DNA of 64,000 nt, taken from assembly GCA_964016885.1 (NCBI GenBank), contig OZ024743.1, forward strand, positions 79,484,001 to 79,548,000, written 5' to 3'. The position numbers and the translations under genes were made by a program. This stretch comes from Eledone cirrhosa. Taxonomy: Eukaryota. Position 1 is the stretch's first letter; every line of letters begins with the position of its first letter. This document shows positions 53,934 through 64,000 of the stretch, piece by piece. The notes beneath the pieces were generated by a model. That model searched no databases. It was not told the DNA's origin and saw only the letters and a list, made by a program, of their open reading frames with translations.

Positions 53934-55669
53934 CAACACCTACTTCGGATTCCTTGACCAAACATACCAACAAACCTCGGCACTGCCCATGGGATCAAGC
54001 CTGTCGGGTGTGCTAGCGATCTCTTACATGGACAGCCTCGAGCGCAAGGCACTCAACGCCTGCCAAACCCAACGCCGTCGCCTTTTTCTCAAGGTACGTG
54101 GACGATATCCTCATCCTCACATCTTACCAAGACATGGCGAACAGAATCTATGAGACGTTCAACAACACGGATGAGAACATTGACTTCAGTGTTGAACACC
54201 CCAACGACGACGGGTCACTTGCCCTCCTCGACTTCCGAATCAACATCACGGAACAGGGAGGGATCCACTGCAACTTCTACCGAAAGGCAGCCTGCAGGGA
54301 CCTGTTCGTCCACTACAAGTCCGCCCTCCCTAACAGTGCCAAAAGAGATACATCACGAACGAGATCGCGCGAATCAAAAACATATGCAGCGATCCTGCGA
54401 GTGGTGTCACTCATACCAAGCGATTCCTCGAGGTGCTGGAGACGAACGGATACCCTACCTCGCTCACAGACAGAGTAGGAAACACCAGACACAAGAGACA
54501 GAGAGGCACCCAAGGCAAGTGCTTCCTTAAAATGCCACACCTGGGCGAGAATACCACCAACGCTATCCGCAAGGCTATACGGAGGGAGGGCCTAGACATC
54601 CACCTGGCCCACTCGGGCCCCACCCTGCGAAGATGCCTCTCCATGAAACCCGGGAAATCAACTGACGCGTGTTCCCTCAGAGACTGCCTGATGCACCATG
54701 CGAACTGCTGCCTACGCACATACGTCGTGTATAAAATAGAATGTAACAAGTGCAACCAATACTATATAGGTAGCACAATCCGGCCGTTGCACATCCGGGT
54801 CAAGGAACACACTAAAACCAGGGCCTCGTCTTTCCGGAAACACATAGCCAAATGCGGAAACAAAGACGGAAGGCCCATTGTCACAATTCTAGAGACAGAA
54901 AGAAACGTCGGCACGTTACGTATCAAGGAAGCACTTTGGATCAAACGCCTAGGGTCACAATTAAACAACCGATCCGAGAGAAGCGAAATGAGGAGGTTGG
55001 TTTAAGTTAACAAACGATGCAGCAACACACGCGCACACACACACAAGCGAGACAGCAACACACGCACACACACACACAGTAGCATTCCACCATACGAACA
55101 TACTACACTGCCAATACAGAGGAACAAGGCAACAACACACGCACACCCACACACACAGTAACATTCACCAAACAGGCAGAGAATGGACTGACAGTTAGCG
55201 CCACCCCACTCCCACAATTGAAAGAACTACTTCGGCCGCAGACCTCTGCCTGACCGACCCCATTTCACGCGCACGCGCGCCCTGCTGAATACCTCAGATA
55301 TTCAAAACAACGAACAGCGGATGACACGTTTTGCACCTTTCCGACAGACAACCCCTTCCCCCCCCCCGGAAAAACCCCAGTTGATGGATGTGAATCCGAA
55401 ATATATAGGGACAAATATATCTCTCCCAAGGTAACTCTTTCTCGTGTTGTTATTTTTATTTTTATCCTTTACGCTCTTTACTTCATTCCTCTACACGTTA
55501 CAGTCTTATACACGCCCCGCATCTCAACGTACACCCACTTACATCTCTCTCTCCACCACCGGATCTTGTTACCCGGAGATTTACCCATCTGCATTGTCGA
55601 GGCTTCCAAACGACTTAAAGAAATTTACCTTATTATTCCACAATGCTTCAAGCAAACTTCAATACTCTC

Positions 55670-55670
<1 letters not shown>
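53934..55670 (+). mobile_element. Penelope-like retroelement, short inverted arm
   Basis: Reverse complement of 51293-53021. The thumb + GIY-YIG frame 54433-55005 is open; ends at (TA)n. Confidence 0.92.
55375..55410 (+). ncRNA. Hammerhead-like motif with variant core CAGTTGA; mirror at ~51513-51548 (-)
   Basis: CCC CAGTTGA T GGAT GTGA ATCC GAAA TATA TA GGG. Confidence 0.5.
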
Positions 55671-55756
<86 letters not shown>

Positions 55757-55785
55757 TGTATATATATATATGTATATGTATATGT

Positions 55786-55819
<34 letters not shown>

Positions 55820-55851
55820 ATATGTATATACATATATGTATATATATACAC

Positions 55852-55907
<56 letters not shown>

Positions 55908-56200
55908 ATATATATCATAAATCATGTCTATAGAATTATTAGATAAATAAAATATATACCATTTCCTCTGCCAATCAGTATAATGAACCATATAAAAAAT
56001 CAATTAGACCAAGCTATAAGGATAAAGGCTCCTATGAAGAAATCTCCGACAAATAACCGAAAGTGGCCTCTTCGCGGTGGCTCCAATCGAGTATTTATCC
56101 AACATTTCGACAGCATGTAGAAACTGACTAAATATACAATCAACCATACACAATTAGGTGTAAATTCAAACTTAGAAGAAATGTGTACATACCGTAACTA

Positions 56201-56269
56201 TATCTCTACCATGGTTTCATCCGTATTTTTAGATATCCAACCAATAGAGTTCGGATTCATCAGGAGACA
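56201..56269 (-). ncRNA. Type I hammerhead ribozyme, canonical core, in element ~55915-56480
   Basis: Minus strand: TGTCTC CTGATGA ATCCG..(28 nt)..CGGAT GAAA CCATGG TA GAGATA; palindromic stem III ACCATGGT, GUA site. Confidence 0.85.
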
Positions 56270-56491
56270 AACTAAAAAATAGACACTTAGTTTTCCAAAG
56301 TGATCGCGCTAAAATTAGATTAAAAAATGGCTAAGAACCGCAATATGGCCGTGGTCAAGTTAGAAAGAATGTTGTGATTGGTTGCTTACGGCGGGTAGGC
56401 TTGTTGCTAGAAAGCGCAGCCAAATATCGCCAAATTGTATCTCAACCTAACGGGAGATTATTAAATATAAAGGTTTACATATACATAAAGT

Positions 56492-56629
<138 letters not shown>

Positions 56630-56654
56630 CATATATATATATATGTATATATGT

Positions 56655-56755
<101 letters not shown>

Positions 56756-57126
56756 GTGTGTGTGTGTGTGTCTATGTAGTTAGTATATATATATATATGT
56801 ATATATAAAAAATATAAAAGGCAATATGAAATATTGTGAAATCGCAAGAAATAGGATTTGTTTTGAGCAATGGAAATAAAAAAAGAAGATTGTGTCAATT
56901 AAAATATGAAGGAGTGTGTTTATCAATAAACTACTTTACTGACACATATTATTCCTCTTGTTTAAAGCTTCATAAATCTGCCATCATAGATTTGAAGACC
57001 CTCCCAAATACACTGCATTCACTAAGTACCGTTGTAAACATGGCCGCCATAAGCAGCAATAAGAAACGATATATTAACGGTAAGATGGAGAAAGAGAGAA
57101 GTAAGATGAAGATGAAAGAATATAAA

Positions 57127-57198
<72 letters not shown>

Positions 57199-57304
57199 GA
57201 GAAAGAGAGCGGGAGAGAGAGAGGGGAGAGAGAGGGGAGAGAGAGAAAGAGAGAATGAGAGAGATTGATAGATATAGATGTGTGTGTGTATGTATATATA
57301 TATC

Positions 57305-57824
57305 GAAGAGCTTCTACAGGACTAGAACTGTTTCATTCGTGAGAAAACATCAGGAAGCTGGCTGTCCAAGTAAATGGTGGTATTTATATCTTTCCTTATC
57401 TGGTGGTAGGAGAGGGTGGGGATTGGGATGGGTGTCCTTGACGGGATGGGGATGTTCTTCATGGAGACATCATGGTCGAGTTTGGTCAGCATAGTTACTT
57501 GGTGATGGTTAATAGGGGCACTAAGAGTGCTAAAAGATAACTTCACCAAGTAACTATGCTGACCAAACTCGACCTTGATGTCTTCATGAAGAACATCCCC
57601 ATCCCGTCAAGGACACCTATCCCAATCCCCACCCTCTCCTACCACCAGATAAGGAAAGATATACATACCACCATTTACTTGGACAGCCAGCTTCCTGATG
57701 AGTTCTCACGAATGAAACAGTTCTAGTCCTGTAGAAGCTCTTCTATATGAAAACTTTTATACTCTGCAATGTATTGAGTACTTTACTTACTGTGGTTACC
57801 TCCGATTCAACCCGGAATAACTTA
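57305..57824. mobile_element. Family G palindromic insertion (arms 57305-57506 and 57543-57743)
   Basis: ~200-bp inverted repeat with a ~36-bp spacer. The right arm continues to the tail and (TA)n. Confidence 0.85.
57689..57739 (+). ncRNA. Type I hammerhead ribozyme, canonical (family G)
   Basis: AGCTTC CTGATGA GTTC TCAC GAAT GAAA CAG ttctagtc CTG TA GAAGCT. The mirror copy at 57309-57359 has a mutated core (CTGATGT). Confidence 0.88.
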
Positions 57825-57837
57825 TATATATATATAT

Positions 57838-57907
<70 letters not shown>

Positions 57908-59399
57908 ATATAGATGTGTTTGTGTGTGTGTATATATATTATTTATATACATCTCTCTCTATATATATGTATATATATGTATATATACAGGGAGAGAGAG
58001 AGAGAGAGAAAGGGAGAGAGAAAGAAAGAGAGAGAGAGAGGGAGAGAGAGAGAAAGAGAGATAGATAGATAGAGAGAGAGAGAGATTGATATAGATGTGT
58101 GTGTGTTTAAATGAATATCATTTAAAAAATTATGGAATCTAGAACCTTCTAGAACATGGAGAAGACAAAGAGCACCAAATACAAACACGATCCCCCATGG
58201 AAGACTATATGATAGCTTGACATGCTATAAACATATCAACTGAAGCTCCCTAAAAACCCTCCCTCTAAAAAATGGAAGACTATATTGTATAATATATATA
58301 TTAGACGTTTCCGTAAAAGACCGGCTGGGTTCTCTGTCGTTTTCGTCAATTAACATTCCTTTTTTCGGTAATTGTATAATGTACAACTAGATGTCGTTCT
58401 ACATATGTATCAGAACATCTTTAACTTAAACTTCACCGACACTCTCCAAAACCTTACTTTCTTTTAATTTCCAATATTTACCCTTCATTTAGTCTTAAAG
58501 ATCTTTAAATTTATGCTAAAATCTCCCTCTTTTTCATTTTACCACTCACGAGAGTTAACCAAGACATACTACTTCTGATTAACGTGTTTCACAACTGCTC
58601 TTCGTTTAGTTGCTAGCATTATTGATAAATACCTGAACTTCAGTTTGTATTTTCTGATTTAAGGAGGTGATAGGAAGATGTTAGAATAAGAACCGAGGTG
58701 TACTTCACACCAGCTCCTCGTTTAGTTGTTAGCATAAATATCTGAACTTCGGTTTGTATGTTGTGATATAAAGAGAGCTGGGAAGAGGAAATGCAAGAAT
58801 GGCAGAGGAATGAAACAATCAATGTAGGAAAATAACAACGAACAAGTTGTTTGTTTTTCTGGCTATTTTCCTCGACGGAATCAACACCAAAAAGATACGA
58901 CACGTAAACAATCTCCAACAGAGTTGTTGAAAAAGTAAACATGGCGCAGATAACGAACTGAAACGGAACTGTCAGAGAAAATAGACGTGTGAGGGAAGAA
59001 TGAAACAGGAAGAGCTATGTCCGTTAAATAAAGATTCTGACCTTTCCTATGCAGTTTTCTCATTTTGTTTAAATGTCTTGGTATGTTTGCTGTTTTGCCT
59101 ATTGTTTTGATTGACTTTCTAAACTTTGCTTAGCTTTGTTTGTTGTTTGTTTCTCGACTTTAGTCAAATATATTTAGTGAATAGACAGTGTCACCGAGTA
59201 AATGCCGGCTACCAATCAGTCAGGATCCTATCCCAATTTCAATTCTTTGTTGAAGCTAATCAAATTTGTTTCTACATTCATGATTTCGAGAATAACCTCA
59301 GCTTCAGAACTTAACACTATTATTTCACATCTCATATAAAACGAAGACTTTCTGACTAAGAAAATATTATTTTAGATTAGTGACTGTGTAAGGTAAACT

Positions 59400-59600
59400 G
59401 AAGACACGTAGCCTAATGGTTAGGTTGTTGAGCTGACGATCCTGAAGTCATGAGTTCAATATCTGGAACTATTGGTGGGGTGTGCTCTTGAGCAAGGCAC
59501 TTCATTGCCAATTACTTCAGTCCACTCTGCTGAGAATTGAGTATCAGCAATAAATAGGGGTTAACGTTGGCAAAGATATAGCCGATGCGCTACCCCAGAA
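59400..59600 (+). mobile_element. Degenerate tRNA-derived SINE
   Basis: TAGCCTAATGG (A box), GAGTTCAATATC (B box) and CTTGAGCAAGGCACTT core. Confidence 0.65.
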
Positions 59601-59633
59601 TGGTGAGGGAACTGCTCAAGCCAGTCCACCTTG

Positions 59634-60368
59634 CAGGGCTCGTTCTTACGAGTAACCCTCTCAATCCTGGTCACAGTGACTAAGGAGGGTCAGGGCTCGT
59701 TCTTACGAGTAACCCTCTCAATCCTGGTCACAGTGACTAAGGAGGGTCAGGGCTCGTTCTTACGAGTAACCCTCTCAATCCTGGTCACAGTGACTAAGGA
59801 GGGTCAGGGCTCGGTCTTACGAGTAACCCTCTCAATCCTGGTCACAGTGACTAAGGAGGGTCAGGGCTCGGTCTTACGAGTGGTCCTCTCAATCCTGGTC
59901 ACAGTGACTAAGGAGGGCCAGGGCTCGTTCTTACGAGTAACCCTCTCAATCCTGGTCACAGTGACTAAGGAGGGCCAGGGCTCGTTCTTACGAGTAACCC
60001 TCTCAATCCTGGTCACAGTGACTAAGGAGGGCCAGGGCTCGTTCTTACGAGTAACCCTCTCAATCCTGGTCACAGTGACTAAGGAGGGTCAGGGCTCGTT
60101 CTTACGAGTGGTCCTCTCAATCCTGGTCACAGTGACTAAGGAGGGTCAGGGCTCGGTCTTACGAGTGGTCCTCTCAATCCTGGTCACAGTGACTAAGGAG
60201 GGCCAGGGCTCGTTCTTACGAGTAACCCTCTCAATCCTGGTCAAAGTGACGAAAGATGGGCAGGGCTCGGTCTTACGAGTGGTCCTCTTAATCCTGGTCA
60301 CAGTGACTAAGGAGGGCCAGGGCTCGTTCTTACGAGTGGCCGTCTCAATCCTGGTCACTGTGACTAAG
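59634..60368. repeat. 57-bp structured minisatellite, ~13 copies
   Basis: Unit CAGGGCTCGTTCTTACGAGTAACCCTCTCAATCCTGGTCACAGTGACTAAGGAGGGT. Confidence 0.95.
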
Positions 60369-61324
60369 GGGGGGGGGGGGGCAAGGCAACCTGGTGTTTT
60401 ACAGCTGGAGGTTCAAGGACAACCAACATTGTGGGACTTGTTCCTACGGGTAACCCTCTTTATCGCGATCCTAGTTAATAGTAGAGGTTATTCAGAGCTC
60501 CAGGTCAGCAGATGTTTCCGCTACTATAGTTTCATCAGGAAGACAGGCCACCTCCCGGGACTCGTACCTGTGGTTGGTTATTTCCATCTCGATCACAATG
60601 TGTATGGAAGGTGATTCGGAGAGAAGGAGGCGAAATATTTCCACGGCTATGGGGTCATTTCCACCAGTATGGGTTCGACAAAGAACCTATGGAAAAGCGG
60701 CTTTTACTTTGTCAGATTGCAATCATCAACTTGTCAGACATTTTCCAGGTGTTTCAACGACTGAACACTCATCTACGAAACCGACAGTGGTCAATCAATG
60801 TTTACCGGAAGTTTATTAAATTAGGTTTCAGTCGAACCTTTAACAATTACTTTTCTTTCCTTAAAAAAAATAACTCTAACAAAAAACTATTTATCGATTT
60901 TGGCATTGATATTTATCTTCCGTTTGTTGAATCAAGTTTCCGTGCAAAGCAGAGTTAAGCAATGAAGGTTATTGTCAAATTCCTTGCCATAGAAAAACAT
61001 TGATTGTATAATACAATAAATACGTTACAGTGTATTGATTGATAATGAACTTGTCGAAGGTTCTCATTGTCCAACTTCGATTAATGGTGGTTTTCATAGA
61101 AGAGTTGGCAGAGCGAGTCTTTCAGTTAAATACTGTAATCTAAGGCTTTATCTTACCACCGTAACGTATAATTAGTCTAAACTGTTGCATTCAATATAGG
61201 ATTATTTTAGAGACTATAACAGGTATGAACAAGTCAGATACTTTAAAACTAAGGCCTAGTCAGAATTAGATGTTACTAACTGTAAGACTGTAATGATTAT
61301 GAATCAGGGAATTAGCTGAAGTAA

Positions 61325-61672
61325 TCTTCTTCTTCTTCCTCTTCTTGCCCACTTATTCCTGAGAGGGTCGTACGTACAGAGTCCTCAGACACACCTTCCA
61401 GTGGGTCCTGTGAGGAACAACCGCCTCTAACTGATCCGGCTGGGTCCCCAAGCAAGACAGCTGTGCTTATGGATGTTATCCAACCATCTTGCTCGAGAAA
61501 GAGATATGGAGGAAGAATCAATCTCAGTACTAGATTGGTACTTTTTTATCGACATAAAAGGGATGAAAGGCAAAGTTGACTTCGGCGGGATTTGAACTCC
61601 GAAAGCAGAAAGCCAGAATGAATACCACAGCATTCTATCAGACGTTCCAACGACTCTGCTAATCCCCCACCT
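61325..61672 (-). mobile_element. Nin-like SINE head/core joined to an RTE-like 3' tail
   Basis: Minus strand: B box GGAGTTCAAATCCC, core CCTTTCATCCCTTTTATGTCGATAAA, then an RWLDNI-coding remnant and a (GAA)n tail. Confidence 0.65.
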
Positions 61673-61838
61673 TCTACCAACTCTACTCAAATGAATATTG
61701 TCGTCTGGAATTTTCGATCTCCATCGATTCCCATAATTAGTGATCCAGTTGTTTGACCAACGGAACAGATTTCCTGTGAAATGAACGTGAAAGTGGCTGA
61801 GCATCTCTCAGACACCTTAACATAATTTTCAGAGAGAC

Positions 61839-62002
61839 TCAGGGAGCCTCAGGAAGACTCAGGAAGACTCAGGGAGACACAGGAAGACTCAGGAAGACTC
61901 AGGGAGACACAGGAAGACTCAGGGAGACTCAAGAAGACTCAGGGAGACTCAGGAAGACTCAGGGAGCCTAAGGGAGACTCGGGAAGACTCAGGAAGACTC
62001 AG
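61839..62002. repeat. 10-bp minisatellite, ~16 copies
   Basis: Unit TCAGG(G/A)AGAC. Confidence 0.9.
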
Positions 62003-62375
62003 TGTGATACAGTACGTAACTAGGCTGGCAATTATAGTTACAGGTAAAACTCATATTTTCCTTCAGCTCAATTGACAGACGCAGAGTGAAATAAAATGTT
62101 ATTCTCAGAAATGCAACGCGCTGAGACTCGAACTCATTATCTTACGGCTGTAAACTCAACACTAACAACTAAGCCTAATGAATAATCTCACCTATATAGA
62201 GTTGTTGCCTGTAAGTTTATTAAAAATATCCATGTTTTACTCCTTAACTTAATTAGCATATTTTACACTTGCACTTTTCACAGCAACTAATGGATTCCCA
62301 TAGATGTTAGTTCCAAGGAAGTTACAAAAGTAAGTCAAAGATTTCATACTTTATCAGTTAAATAAACAATCAAAG

Positions 62376-63495
62376 CAACCAGCCAGCCAACCAGCCAGCC
62401 AACCTGCCAGCCAACCAGCAAGCCAACCAACCAACCAGCCAGCCAACCAGCCAGTCAACTAGCCAAGTAGCCAAGCAGCCAACCAGCCAACCAACCAACA
62501 GCCAACCACCAACCAGCCAACCAACCAACCAGCAAACCAACTAACCAGCCAAGCAACTAGCCAGCCATCCAACCAACCAACCAGCCAACCAACCAACCAA
62601 TCAGCCAACCAACCAACCAACCAGCAAACCAACCAACCAGCCAACCAACCAGCAAACCAACCAACCAACCAACCAAACAGCCAAACAACCCGCCAACCAA
62701 CCACCACCACCACCACCACCACCACCACCACTACCACCACCACCACCACTACGACCACCACAACCGCCACCACCACTACCACCACCACCACCACATTACC
62801 ACCACTAACACCACCGCCACCACCGGTACCACCACACCACCTACACTAACACCATCACCACCACCACCACCACCACCACAACCGCCACCACCACCACCAC
62901 CACCACCACCACAACCGCCACCACCACTACCACCACACCACTACCGCTACCACCACCACAACCACTACCACCACCATCATGACCTCCACACCACCACCAC
63001 AGGCACTATCACCACCACCACCACCATCACCACCACTACCACCACCATCACCTCCACCGCCACCACCACTACTACCACCGTCACTTCCACTACCACCACC
63101 ACTACCACCACCATCACATCCACCACCACCACCACCACCACCACCACTACCACCTCGAACACCACCACCACACCACCCCAACACCACCACCACCACTAAC
63201 AACACCACCACCATCACCTCGACCACCACCACACCACTACCACCACCACCACCACCACTTCTACCACCACCACGACCACCACGACCACCACCGCCACCAC
63301 CGCCAGCACCACCACCACCACCACCACCACCACCACCACCTCGAACACCACCATCACACCACCACCAACACCACCACCACCACTAACAACACCACCACCA
63401 TCACCTCGACCACCACCACACCACTACCACCACCACCACCACCACTTCTACCGCCACCACCGCCACCACCACCACCACCACCACCACCACCACCA
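62376..63495. repeat. (CCAA/CCAG)n followed by (ACC)n
   Basis: Directly visible. Confidence 0.95.
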
Positions 63496-63627
63496 CGTCG
63501 TGTCTCAAACTGCCGTTAATTTTTAATAGAATTCTTATCAGGAATTTTTTCTTAATCACATTTTTGTGGGAAAGACTTTGCACTGTTTGATTTATTTTTC
63601 TCTCTTTCTCGCTGTCGGTCTCTCTCT

Positions 63628-63700
<73 letters not shown>

Positions 63701-63805
63701 TCTCTCTCTCTCTTTCTCTCTCTCACTCTCTCTCTCCCCTCTCTATCCTTACTATTGCTTTTTTATCACTCACTTTTAATTGAAGGATATTATGGTCCCT
63801 TATAA

Positions 63806-63870
<65 letters not shown>

Positions 63871-64000
63871 TATATATATATATATATATTTATGTATATG
63901 TACTTATTTTATACATACATTCAACACCCAAGTATGCGTATGTGTGTATATGTGTATTTATGTGTGTGTGTATGTGCGTTTGTGTATTCCCATATATATA

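Noticed and set aside
59634-60368. CRISPR-like array (also considered for 21961-22432)
   Set aside because: Units are contiguous with no unique spacers, there are no cas genes, and the context is eukaryotic.
60490-60545. Minus-strand CTGATGA..GGAAAC motif
   Set aside because: Stems II and III are not convincingly paired and there is no tail or (TA)n context.
59631-60614. 327-aa repeat protein
   Set aside because: Open only because the 57-bp unit is divisible by three; non-ATG start and no domain.
61425-61460. Twister-like string TAAC..GGTCCCCAAGC
   Set aside because: It lacks the P2/P4 partners and GAGGG; it is the antisense of an RTE-like tail.

Overview
AT-rich, microsatellite-saturated animal intergenic/intronic DNA. 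The 5S sequence, SINE types and repeat style suggest a cephalopod (Octopus-like) genome; this is inference. No intact host protein-coding gene is supportable, and almost all listed ORFs are microsatellite or satellite artefacts. Contents: three recognisable Penelope-like retroelements (PLEs; RT and/or GIY-YIG remnants), a head-to-tail Helitron pair, a decayed hAT transposase, tRNA-derived SINEs, an RTE-derived non-autonomous element (2 copies), one full-length 5S rRNA copy, and several satellites (21, 32, 20/60, 32, 57 and 10 bp units). The main unexplained structure is a dense set of type I hammerhead ribozyme (HHR) motifs from roughly ten sequence-distinct families. They sit near the 3' ends of short elements bounded by (TA)n, often in head-to-head palindromes. 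Several inversion junctions fall inside the ribozyme itself, two families carry fixed non-canonical cores, and one family shows covariation between copies. All folds were made by eye and none has been computed or tested.
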